Source of the DNA: Octopus bimaculoides
Lineage: Eukaryota
Assembly: GCF_001194135.2 (NCBI RefSeq)
Contig: NC_068983.1
Span: 129,424,400-129,486,005 of the forward strand
DNA: 61,606 nucleotides
Direction of reading: 5' to 3'
Shown: one piece after another, positions 14,270-26,688 of the stretch
Layout: each line of letters opens with the position of its first letter
How positions within the stretch are numbered: position 1 is the first letter of the stretch
The notes under the pieces: model-generated
Told to the model about the DNA's origin: nothing
Databases searched by the model: none
What the model saw: the letters and a program-made list of their open reading frames with translations, nothing else
Position numbers and translations under genes: made by a program

Positions 14270-14650
14270 TACAGCACTTACTCGGTATTACATCTATTCT
14301 TTAGGGTTTGGTTGACTCCAATACTCTTCATAACCTCTATCATTTGCTATTATTAGCACTTATAACAGGTAACACGTAAACAATGGATAAAGAATTCCTT
14401 GGCTTCTCCCTTAAAGACACTCCTATTCCTTCACAAAAAAACTTTTACTATACTCCTTGATGAAACTAGGGAGCTCATCCGACGAATACTACAAATCTCC
14501 TCTTATAGATGTAATAATCCATTCTTCTACTATTACCGTCTCCGATGAAGGGATATATTGGATTTTCCCTGAAACAGCTGTAAGACTTTATAAATAAAAT
14601 ATAATTCTAACTTTGCCATTGGTCACTTTATCTTATTCTTTCTTTATATA
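14270..14650 (+). mobile_element. Penelope-like element pseudo-LTR remnant
   Basis: ATG at 14383 gives MDKEFLGFSLKDTPIPSQK then, after a frameshift, LLDETRELIRRI. This resembles the recalled YSLKNIPIP...IRRMRWK N-terminus of GIY-YIG PLE ORFs. It is followed by a hammerhead core and ends in a microsatellite. Confidence 0.6.
14538..14586 (+). ncRNA. Minimal type I hammerhead ribozyme motif (U4C variant)
   Basis: GUCU-CCGAUGA-AGGGA(12-nt loop)UCCCU-GAA-ACAGCUGU-A-AGAC. Stem I GUCU/AGAC, 5-bp stem II, palindromic stem III, GUA cleavage triplet. The only core deviation is C at position 4. Confidence 0.6.
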
Positions 14651-15389
14651 TACATACACACGCACACACACACACGCACACACACACACACACACACGCG
14701 CGCACATACATANNNNNNNNNNNNNNNNNNNNNNNNNNNNNNNNNNNNNNNNNNNNNNNNNNNNNNNNNNNNNNNNNNNNNNNNNNNNNNNNNNNNNNNN
14801 NNNNNNNNNNNNNNNNNNNNNNNNNNNNNNNNNNNNNNNNNNNNNNNNNNNNNNNNNNNNNNNNNNNNNNNNNNNNNNNNATATATATATATATATATAT
14901 ACGTGTTTGTATGTCTGTGTATGTGTGTAAGCAATTGCATATTTCAATAACAAATGAATACATATAAAACAAGAGATCGATGGCCGGATTTGGTATTAAA
15001 ACAAGGAATGGCAATGTTAGAAGTCACAATTTATCTGTAGAATATCACTGAATTCAATAAAATAGTAAGAAGCAAAGAGCTGTTTATTTTGCTCTAAAAA
15101 ATGTTATGTTTTCTACATCATTACATTCTGAAAGTAGGATTGAAGAAAATAGTCGGGAATTATCATCATGTAAAAATACTATCTGGAATAACAAGAAAAG
15201 AAGAAGCATCTACTCGCAGGTAGGAGTAGCAGCCACACAAAATCTATATAGCGTCACACACTCGAATACCCACCATAACATTTCAGTCACAGAACTTATG
15301 ATACAGACTTCATCAAATATGATATAGTCTGGATCATAAGTGTTGTATATCAGAATGTATTCCTACAATGCAACATGAACAATATTCAG

Positions 15390-15564
15390 TAGAAACGCAA
15401 TTGTGCATCCCTAGGTATTACCAGATTGTGCAGAAGAATTTTCGTTCAGCTTCCAACTGCGACCATCGCATATTTTGTAATTATTCGATAGTTGCCTTTG
15501 GAAAATGGGCGGAAATAGTTCTGCATAACCTGGTAATACCCACGGATGCACAATTGCATTTCTA
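15390..15564. mobile_element. 175-bp MITE-like element with 46-bp TIRs
   Basis: TAGAAACGCAATTGTGCATCC...TGCAGAA (15390-15435) is inverted at 15519-15564, 41/46 identical. No 8-bp TSD seen. Confidence 0.7.
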
Positions 15565-16551
15565 GTGATTATTGTTTATGCTGTATTGTAGACATACAGT
15601 CTGAAATATATTACAAATGATATAGTCTATATCATCTTTGATGCAGTCTGTATCATATGTTCAGTGTCTGAAATATAGTGAAAAAGAAACAAAAGAAAAC
15701 TGCCACATATGTTACACTAAGTATTTATTATCCTTTGCACTTTTTAGCAAAATTTTGTACACATAGTATATTCTTACATCGGATATCTGAAAATATGTTC
15801 ATAATACCTACTAATTGCAAGATACTACTTGTACTTTCTGATGCTGCTTGAAAAGAAATTCTATTTCGTGCACTGACTTCAAATATAATAGAACATGTCA
15901 TTTCATTCGTATACAGTAAACAGTGAGTATTTTTAAATGAGTTCATTTGTTTATGCAGACATTCCGAATGTCTCATCTCTTCTCCAAACTCTTATACGAA
16001 GTATATATGTCATAAAATGTGCATAGTATAGACACAATTTTTCCATGTACATATCAAAACTTCGCATGCATTAAGATGCATGCATATACATGCACACGCA
16101 CGCACGCGCGCAAAACACGCGCACAAAAGTAAATATATATATATATATATAAGTATATATAAGTATATATATACATTTATAAGTATGTATATATATATAT
16201 ACGTATGTGTATTTGTGTGTGTCTGTATACACATGTGAGAACCAGGAGTTGAGATGTTGGAACATCAGATGTGGTCAAATCTGAAGGTCAAGGTTATCTT
16301 TATTAGATCAAACGCTAGATTGTGGCATGGATGTACATGTTGATGCAATGATTCAATTGGGATATGTGGAGGGCACAATATGTGAGGGGCATAAATGGGA
16401 GCTTTCCATCCCATCTTCCGAATCAATTCCTTAGGACCGTGAATAATGTTACATGTACTCGTATTTGTTGGTAAGTGGCATATCCTTAAGCGACAAATTT
16501 AATTTCATTTTCTCCATTTTCGAATCTTCTATACAGTTAGCGTTCTCTCTC

Positions 16552-16553
16552 AC

Positions 16554-16629
<76 letters not shown>
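16552..16629. repeat. (CT)n microsatellite
   Basis: Direct reading. Confidence 0.95.
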
Positions 16630-16641
<12 letters not shown>

Positions 16642-17459
16642 TATACGTGCATGTTGAAAATCAACTTATTTGTTGACATTTAGTTGTCGGTTTGCTGTTA
16701 TTTCTTTCAAGTAAAGATTTAATTATTTATGTTATTTTTGTTTTTTACGTTTGACTCTGGAGGAACGGTGACGCTCACTAACTTTTAGGGATCTGCTGAG
16801 AGTTTTGGACAGAAGACTAATGTATCATCAACTGCGGATTGGCCAGAATCCTCTTTAAAATGTCGAACAAAGGCAGCTGTCATAGATGGACTTAGTAATT
16901 TTTTACTATTATGTCAATCCACATCCCAGGGTTGGTATTTTCTCGCCAAAGCTTAGAGAAACAAAAGCATAGATGTCCTAGATGATATCTGAACTGAAAG
17001 TACCGACAGCTGGGAAGAGTATCTGACGGAATTCTGATCGACATACTATTTATTCTGTTAGTACCTCGTTTTATCCATTGTTGTGTGAGTTGGAAGTTAA
17101 TTCTACAAATTTACGGTAATTACCTCTCATTAATGGTAACTAAGTTTGCTCATGAACAGGTTCAGATATAGTTGCGAGATATATTTGAAGATTATATAAT
17201 GATATGCAATAATATCCGGATTCCTTATGTAAATACTCAAGAGGCCACAAATTATATTGTAAGTAGTAGTACTGGTTGGAATTTTCATAGGCTCACTATG
17301 AATGAATGATTCTAGTACTGTGAAACCTTGCATACATTAATTTGAAACTTTCTTATTCATGACAACGTTATTTCCCTGCAGTTAAGCTGATATTTGACTT
17401 CAAATGTAGAAGAAGACTTTAAATGCAACTTGCATCTACTTATCTTCAAAATAAGTAAA

Positions 17460-18460
17460 CTTTGGTATTGTGGTTTTATCAAGTATCTTCTGAAAACGGT
17501 TTATCCCCACTCCCATACCCCTATTATAAAAAAAAAACATTCATACTGTCATGGTTGCTCCTTTGGCGATGATATTCCAGGTTTATTACAGTGCAAACAC
17601 TGAATTTAGAAGCGGAGGGAGAGTCTTGAAGAGAATCAAAGTTTTGGTGTCCTGCATTTGCCATCACCGAATAAAAGATTGATCGAGTTCACTCAATGCT
17701 GGAGAATGACAGGCGATTGACTATAAATGAAAAAGACTATGCTAATCGCATATCAGTGAGAGAATTCAGAGTGGTGTGCACAATAAACTTAGAATAACAA
17801 TGTTTTCTGAGAGGAGGACACCGCAACTTCTGACACGATATCACAAGCGCAGCGGGCTGAAAAAAATAACATGAAAATAGGACATTGTTTAAACCGGATC
17901 CAGCTGGTTTACTGGGACATTTCTGAACCCACGTTAGCTGTTGGCTTTATCACCTCTTTTCTTTCTTCGAAGAAGTTCGAGTTCATTTCATCTACCTGGG
18001 AAGTTGATGGCCTCCGTTTTCTGGCTTGAAAACTCTATTGTTTCATGACTGCATTAAGCAGAGCCGCACAATCATTAATGCAGATTGCTATTCCAATTTG
18101 CAGAGTTAGATATGGAAGGCTATCATGACCAGACACCCAGAAGGACTGAGAAAAGTCTGCTCATTGTGACCGTGGTTTTTGACTTTTGGTCAGTCAAAAG
18201 ACGCACCTTATTTAGACCATTTGGCCATCATCTCTACCACAGCATGAAACAACACATGTCTGGGAACAAAATACGCAGTGATGATGACGTCATGCCTGCT
18301 GCTTATTATTAGCCATAAAGATGAAAGCTTCTTCAACAATGAGGTCCGTACACTGCAACACTGATGGATGACGTGTTTGTACTACAGTAGGGTTGAAGAA
18401 GAAACCTCATTTGATCACATTCAATGAGAATCTATTTAACAGTTTTGAACGATTCGGCGG
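17460..18460 (+). mobile_element. Decayed mariner transposase pseudogene
   Basis: Fragments in order: WYCGFIKYL, EFRSG.ESLEE, IDRVHSMLENDRRLTINE, LPGKLMASVFW, GHHLYHSMKQHMSGNKIRSDDDV, KDESFFNNEVRTLQH*W. Confidence 0.8.
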
Positions 18461-19186
18461 AAATTGAATATCTATTGTAATAGACAGTGTAATGAAATTA
18501 TTATTTTATTCTTGTGAATTCAAGAGTTGTCAACGAAAACTTAAATATTTTTTAGTGATATTTTAATCTTTGTATTTCATGGTATATTTTGGTATCGGAA
18601 TTTCATAATATCAGGTTCGTCAATATTATAGCAAGAATTGATTTACCATATGTCTTCCGTCAGGAAAAGCCTGCTCAAGGAGATCCATGATCAAAGATAA
18701 TATAGTCTTGAACATAACGTTTTTTTCACTTTCATGTACACGATGTAAAATAGCAAAATGTTCACAGATTTATATTGAAAATTTGCGTATTTATCTTTCG
18801 TTATAATTCTATATTCTATAGAAGTGTTTAGTGTTTAGTAGGTTTTTTATCTTAATTTTTATTGAATCAAATTATTTAATTGTTTGGACTTCGTTCTACT
18901 GAGCGAAGGTATATATTTTTATCAGACAAATGTATTTATACGACAAAATATTTTTACTGAAGCTTCGGTCTTCTAATTTAACGCGAAAGTTGAGGGATGA
19001 TCTAATAAATCGATTGTTTAATCGTTAATAAAAGCATTACTATCATGCATATAAACATATGTATCTACTAGTTTATCTTGAGAAGATATAGTCAAACTAG
19101 CTTGTCTCCTATTTGTGTAAGCCTATAAAATATTAGATATTTCAAATAAAGGTTAGGGCGTTATGTACATGTATCTTTATCTAACG

Positions 19187-19188
19187 AT

Positions 19189-19244
<56 letters not shown>

Positions 19245-19245
19245 A

Positions 19246-19296
<51 letters not shown>

Positions 19297-19362
19297 TTAT
19301 TTATCTATCTATCTATCTAGCTAGCTAGCTATCTAGCTATCTGGCTAGCTAGCTAGCTAGCT
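19187..19362. repeat. (TATC)n grading into (TAGC)n
   Basis: Direct reading; the unit switches at about 19317. Confidence 0.9.
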
Positions 19363-19482
19363 GTATATATAATAATATTAAGGACAAAGTCCAAAATTAA
19401 GGTAAAAACTCAATTAGAATCAATTTATAAAATATTAAAATTAAATGGAGTTTTACAGATTAAAATATATATAAAACATATA

Positions 19483-19756
19483 TAGTTTTAGGGAAAAGAA
19501 CCAAGTTTCATGAACTCATCGATGCAAATCCACTATCACATATAGAAAATTAATAATTAAAAGCACAATAAATAAGTATAATACAATACAAAAGAAATAT
19601 CATAAGATAAAGATAATAGTAGTATTTTCATCTTATGATATTTACTTTGTTTCATATTATACTCATTTATTGTGCTTTTAATTATTAATTTTTCTATATG
19701 TGATAATGGATTTTCATCGATGAGTTCTGGAAACTTGGTTCTTTTCCCTAAAACTA
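19483..19756. mobile_element. 274-bp palindromic element in TA-rich flanks
   Basis: Arms 19483-19608 and 19630-19756 (TAGTTTTAGGGAAAAGAACCAAGTTTC...) are inverted. The same sequence forms the ends of 48568-49334. Confidence 0.85.
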
Positions 19757-20730
19757 TATANNNNNNNNNNNNNNNNNNNNNNNNNNNNNNNNNNNNNNNN
19801 NNNNNNNNNNNNNNNNNNNNNNNNNNNNNNNNNNNNNNNNNNNNNNNNNNNNNNNNNNNNNNNNNNNNNNNNNNNNNNNNNNNNNNNNNNNNNNNNNNNN
19901 NNNNNNNNNNNNNNNNNNNNNNNNNNNNNNNNNNTGTGTGTCTGTGTGTTTGCCTGCCTCCGTGTGTATGCGCGTATATATGTTTTATGTATGTGCGTAC
20001 GTATCCACGCGTAGACTGTTTGTAGTGTATATGCATTAACCAAAAGGTGGCAGTAGTAATTATTTATTTAGCGTATTCATCTCAAAGTTTGAAAACTGAT
20101 TTTATAGAAGGTTTGTGTCCTGTGTGCGTGAGTTAGCGAATAAAAGCTGAATTTCAAAGGGGGGGGGTATCTTTGTGTTATCTATATACGTTTGCAAATA
20201 TATGTGCTGCAGGTTCGTGCGTGCATACATATGCGGTAAAATATATCTGTATGTGGCCAAATTTTGGTCGCTTAAAGGGAAAGGGGACGATAAAAAAGAC
20301 GACAGGAAAGAAAAGCGAAGGGAATATAGGTGATCTTTCATATGGCCATTTGTAATGTAGCTGTTAAAGTTAATGAAGAATCAATACGACAATTTTGAAA
20401 GTAACTCTCACTTTATTTCTCTCTGACTATCTCATTACCTCTCTCTATCTCTCTTTCGTTCTCTCTCTCTCTTTTTCCCTCTCCCTTTGCCTATATATTT
20501 ATCTCTCATTTTCTCGTTATGTAAATATTGAGAGGTATTCATATACACACATGCGTACACCCAGAAATATCCAATATGCAATGATATATATATATATATA
20601 TAAGATTGACCAGGGATTGGTCTGTCAATATGCTAGAAGAAGCTCACTTAAACAATTTTCAAATACGGATTCAGCGGAGCAAAAACAGGTGGGCTAGACC
20701 AGTGAAAATTGTACATACCTCGATTATCTG

Positions 20731-21054
20731 CAGACTATAGTTTCAAAATCGATACTTCCAAAATAAAAGTATCTATTTATCTTCAGTACAGATTGCCGAT
20801 ATTCTTACAATCGAACAGAATCTCGTGCTAGTTGTCTTCAACCAGTGAAACCGTGCACGTGATTCTATCCACATCGCGCCAAAACTAAGACTTTTGAATT
20901 TTAATCTTTATAATGGATAGAATCACGTGCACGTTTTCACTGGTTGAAGACAACTAGCACGAGATTCTGTTCGATTGTAAGAATATCGGCAATCTGTACT
21001 GAAGAAAAATAGATACTTTTATTTTGGAAGTATTGATTTTGAAACTATAGTCTG
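20731..21054. mobile_element. Young foldback element (141-bp arms), right end in gap
   Basis: 20731-20871 and 20914-21054 are reverse complements with 3 mismatches and a 42-bp spacer. An N-gap begins at 21055. Confidence 0.9.
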
Positions 21055-21719
21055 NNNNNNNNNNNNNNNNNNNNNNNNNNNNNNNNNNNNNNNNNNNNNN
21101 NNNNNNNNNNNNNNNNNNNNNNNNNNNNNNNNNNNNNNNNNNNNNNNNNNNNNNNNNNNNNNNNNNNNNNNNNNNNNNNNNNNNNNNNNNNNNNNNNNNN
21201 NNNNNNNNNNNNNNNNNNNNNNNNNNNNNNNNNNNNNNNNNNNNNNNNNNNNNNNNNNNNNNNNNNNNNNNNNNNNNNNNNNNNNNNNNNNNNNNNNNNN
21301 NNNNNNNNNNNNNNNNNNNNNNNNNNNNNNNNNNNNNNNNNNNNNNNNNNNNNNNNNNNNNNNNNNNNNNNNNNNNNNNNNNNNNNNNNNNNNNNNNNNN
21401 NNNNNNNNNNNNNNNNNNNNNNNNNNNNNNNNNNNNNNNNNNNNNNNNNNNNNNNNNNNNNNNNNNNNNNNNNNNNNNNNNNNNNNNNNNNNNNNNNNNN
21501 NNNNNNNNNNNNNNNNNNNNNNNNNNNNNNNNNNNNNNNNNNNNNNNNNNNNNNNNNNNNNNNNNNNNNNNNNNNNNNNNNNNNNNNNNNNNNNNNNNNN
21601 NNNNNNNNNNNNNNNNNNNNNNNNNNNNNNNNNNNATATATATATATATATAAGTATGCATGTGTTTCTGTGCTTGTGTCTCCGTGTGTATGTGTATTTT
21701 TGTGCATGTGTGTTTTTGT

Positions 21720-21810
21720 GTCCGTATTTCATCCCCACTACTGAGTGGTAACCGGCGCTGGTGTGTTTACGTCTCCGTAACAAAGTGATTTGTCGTAAGC
21801 TACCGAATGT
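21720..21810 (+). mobile_element. SINE tail fragment
   Basis: TAACCGGCGCTGGTGTGTTTACGTCTCCGTAAC matches the SINE tail seen at ~4700-4745. Confidence 0.45.
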
Positions 21811-23675
21811 TGAGGTTTCAGGTTTTAAAATGATAAGTGCTAGGTCCAATTTGTTCACTTAAGCTTCTTCGAGGTAGTGACACAGAATAGCCTCAGCGTG
21901 AATCCTAAAATCAGTAAAAGATAAACCATATAGACATACACGCAATGTACACTTATAAGATATGTCCCAATTTATCATGAATGATGGCAGCTCTAGTATG
22001 TGAAGCTGTATTATCGACCTTTGAGGCACCTAATTTCATTGCTAAAAATATACTGGATACAGCCAAATGCTCAACATTGTCGTTACAAACATCCTTAGGA
22101 TTGATTTCATGTTGGAATTGAAAGCACCGTCAAATTTAGTTTTAATGAAAAAAATATCGATGCGTCGAGAATTTTATTCAACTTAAAATTGTTAAAATAC
22201 AACTTACAATATCAAGCGAGCGACATGGAGTCTTGATGGTATTCAAGTTCCAACCATGGGTGTTCTTATGCAATGGGAATATATATATATATATATACAT
22301 ATGTAGACAAATTATATAGAGCAAGTAAATAAATGCAGACAAGTGAGTGAGTGTAGAGATGAACAGATTTATATTTCTGTCTCTTGTATTGCTTTCCTAG
22401 CAGGTTGCCATTAAAGATCACTCTTGGTTAAGAATGCACTCTCTGGTTGTCATATTTGTCTCTGACGAGTAGAGCTTGCACAGAGAAAAAATACTTGATA
22501 CACTCACAGTATTTAAAGAATATATTTAAAAATAAATTATGAATCAATTATTTGAAATCTGTTTGCGAGGAAGCTAGTATAAATTGCTTAATAACTCAGC
22601 TGTAAGTTCAATGCGAGTTATAGAGAAACGGCTTTAACCAATGATGTTCACTACATAATTAATTCCTGTTAGCTTGCCATGCAATAATTGACATACGTGT
22701 GGGACTACTTGGAAGATATGAGTGATATATTTATAAAAACAATCTGAATTTGTGGATGATTTGAAAATAGTTTCGATTTTATTTCTTGCTGTAAATGGTC
22801 CTGAAATTTTTTGCGATACTTGAGTATTATTGGTTGTGAAAAACACATCGTTAGTTAATTTTAGTAAACGACACATCTACCGTTATGTAGATATTTTGTA
22901 CTTCTTTCGTCCTTAGCAGATATATAATGTGATGCAATCGTTTCTTGTCATCAAACCTTTTCTCTTAGACATAGGTTATGAAGGAGATTTGTCGCATATA
23001 TATATATATATATATTTATATATATCATAATGTGAGTGAAGGCTTTAATATCTTTCAGTCTCTGATTCATAAATTCTGATATTAATGTACTTAAGAATAT
23101 TGTGGAGATCATGTTGTTTCAACATTTAATGAAGTTTCCATTATGATAGTTTATAAAGAATTTTGGTATACATTAATCCTGAAATAGAGACAGAATGGTG
23201 GGTTGAGTTTAAGATCAGAATTTGTCCGAACTCGTATTATATTTTATTAATCTTTAACTTAATTGAATAATTCATCTCTCGACTATGCTCTACCTCTGCT
23301 ACTTTTAAGCACAAGCCACCCACTTATTTATATTTCAGAATTACTGAATATTTGAATTCTGTTTATCTATCGTAATGGAATCTTAATTAAATATTGAAAC
23401 TATCTATATAAAATACACAATCTTTCTTGCTATATCTTTCCAAAATAGAAGTTAATACTGATCGAAAATGAGTAAAATATTTATACGCTAGTGTATAAAC
23501 ATTAGTGCCCTCCGTAACAGAATAATTCTGCATTTTGATTTCAAACTCATACCCGGTGGTAGGTTCTTTCACCGTGTCAGAATAAACGGAACCCAAAGTG
23601 CTACAGATTATTTCATGAGAGACAGAAAGGATGTATTTACATACATACATACACAAACACACACAACACACACAG

Positions 23676-23712
<37 letters not shown>

Positions 23713-24025
23713 CACACACACACACGCACACGCACACACATACACAACCGTCTAATAATCCACAAATCACAAAAGGTATACACTGGTAAATGTGTTAATA
23801 GAGTGGCTATCGTCCGTTGAGGGTGATTGTAACACGCTGATGACTCAGTGTGTATCACGTGAGGATAGAGATNNNNNNNNNNNNNNNNNNNNNNNNNNNN
23901 NNNNNNNNNNNNNNNNNNNNNNNNNNNNNNNNNNNNNNNNNNNNNNNNNNNNNNNNNNNNNNNNNNNNNNNNNNNNNNNNNNNNNNNNNNNNNNNNNNNN
24001 NNNNNNNNNNNNNNNNNNNNNNNNN

Positions 24026-24056
<31 letters not shown>

Positions 24057-26656
24057 CACAAAAATTAGTTTAGAGGGATATATAATCCTGGCGGTTACCA
24101 TGTTTCCTCTTAAATCAGTTCAAATGCCGGCTAACCACTAAGGTCCTTTAGTTATACCCGAGTAAACAATAAGTTGCTACACTCTAGTAATTGTTCTGAC
24201 TTGGTAAATCCGAACGTCCTATTCGGCACTGCATAGTTTCCTTGAAGTATGTAATAGTATCAATAATATTCAGCAGAATAGAGATTATTCACATCTATAA
24301 TGTTTTTAAACTGTCATTTATAGCAATCTTTCCTGGAAATACGCGCGTTTCAGATGCATTGAAGCTGTGTCTAGATATGCATCATGGTGTCATTGTCAGT
24401 AAAGTTTCATCAGGGTCCTTATTTACTGTCCATAAGTAGTGAAACCGAAGGAATCGGCAAGCTGAAAGAATAGAGTGTCTGTTTAGGACGTATGGTTCTT
24501 ACGCTAAATAGTTGTAGGAGTATTGACCTAGGCTTCATCTACACTAATTGTGATGTGTGAAGCGGAATATTGTCTGAAAGATTTTGAGGTTGAAGTAAAT
24601 GATTATGCATATTCATTACTACAATAACAATTTTACCATTCCACTTATTTCTAAGAGAATATTCTCAGATTGAGACGTTTTTAATTAATTTTGACGTTTT
24701 CCGCGAAATGAAATTATGAAATATATCATACTTCGCTTTTCCATGCGTGAATACATGCTCATCACAAACAAATCGTCTTTCTTTATGATGACACAGGCTG
24801 TTCAGATATTTCGAAATGCAGTTCAAATAAAATTACTCGTTGATGCTGCATCGAAGAGGCCAGGGAATAGCAGAAAGAAGACATGCACCCAACACTGGAT
24901 CATAATCCGCCAAGGTAAGGTATGTCAGAAGAAAGTAATTCAACAACGCGGGTTGATGAACCGTAAGACGTGTGGCCAGAACCTCCTGGAAAATAACCAT
25001 AGCGAGGGACATTCCACAGTTTAATTAGAACAGTCACAAACAGTGAAAGAAGACATGCACCCAACACCAGAGCTGAATACATCTCTGAAAGGAGGGGCCC
25101 CACCACGTCAAAACGGTAGAGGAGTAGGGGCCGAAACCGGACGTGGTTCCTCCTGATGATGTCTTGAGCTAACTGGATCCTATAAAGGAGCTGTTGTGGT
25201 AGCAGACCACGAAACATGGTTGAAATTTCATTCTTCCTAGTCTACTATTTACAGTTTTATAGTAGATAGAATTTTCGGTAGCTTATTCATAACCACCTCT
25301 CATTTTAAGGAAATCTATTTAAATGAAGACATTAAAATGAACGCCAAACTCTTATGAAAATGAGAGTAGTATATTTTACAGTTGATCTTTGACAGATACA
25401 AATTGATACTTTCATTAAACAACTGTTTCTGAAGAGCTCTATACCAAGCTCACATAACTAAAACGTAAATAGAAACATATGTTCGCTCTCCACTATTTCA
25501 TGCAGTACCTTATCCTACAAAATACTACATTTTAAAGCACCCAGACGCACATACAGAGTCATACACATGTGACACATACATATACGTCCTCGCACTGAAG
25601 CCATGCATATCATTGTCTACATCGGCGCCGATGTGCAACACATGCGATACCAGAAATAGGGCTTGATGTGTTTTAGGGAAATGTGTCGTTCTATTCACCT
25701 AATCTGCGTAACGGAACGACCTATATACTCTGCTGTACGTTCGAAATTCGACTACGACCAGGACGTGGGACGGCAGAAACATTGTCAACCTCTTCCCACA
25801 AATATAGAGGTACCTGAAATTAAGAGTGAAATCATAGTAAACGCTATCTTGTGAATGAAGATAGATATATAGATTGATAGATACATGCATACATACATAC
25901 ATACATACATACATACATACATTCGCACATACATACACAGATTGACAGATAGGCAGATAGATATTTAAATACAACCTTTTCTCTCCGAGGGGCTGTGTTA
26001 GTAAGTGTGTATCTTCTACAAAATCTGCCCAGTTCCAAACGTAGAACTTCACTTTTCATTTTACAGTATGTCAAATGAAATCGTTGTACATTCTTTTTTT
26101 TTTTAATTGTGGCTTCTCCCTGTGCGAACCCATCAAAATGTCATGTACACTTGACTGATCACCACGCACGTACGTATTTTTGTTGAACTATGGCAATGAA
26201 TTTTTAATGCTGTTTCATGTTTAGTGGGACACGGCAAAACACACCGTCTTCCGGAATATTTTTCGTAAACATTCTGAACAGTTCCATCTTTTTCGATATC
26301 ATTTGTGATTTGACTGATAAGTTACCAAAGTGGTTTTGTTTAAATCTACTTCGTACTGGCCGCGGCACTTCCATTGTAGATTTACATTAACATTTGTACA
26401 ATACGTATTATAGTTACCTTCATTAAATGTCTTACTTTAAATCTGACAAAAAAGGAACATTGAATTATCGGCATATAACCTGTATAAACATATATATATA
26501 TATATATATACATATATATGNNNNNNNNNNNNNNNNNNNNNNNNNNNNNNNNNNNNNNNNNNNNNNNNNNNNNNNNNNNNNNNNNNNNNNNNNNNNNNNN
26601 NNNNNNNNNNNNNNNNNNNNNNNNNNNNNNNNNNNNNNNNNNNNNNNNNNNNNNNN

Positions 26657-26688
<32 letters not shown>

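Noticed and set aside
19630-19756. Peptide VLGKRTKFPELIDENPLSHIEKLII (also at 49.2-49.3k) looking like a PLE pre-RT segment
   Set aside because: It lies antisense to the hammerhead-like motif, starts in (TA)n and has no continuation into RT motifs; probably fortuitous.
23837-23872. Hammerhead-like CTGATGA-CTCA...TGAG-GATA
   Set aside because: GAAA is replaced by GATA and the 3' part runs into an N-gap, so stems I and III cannot be evaluated.
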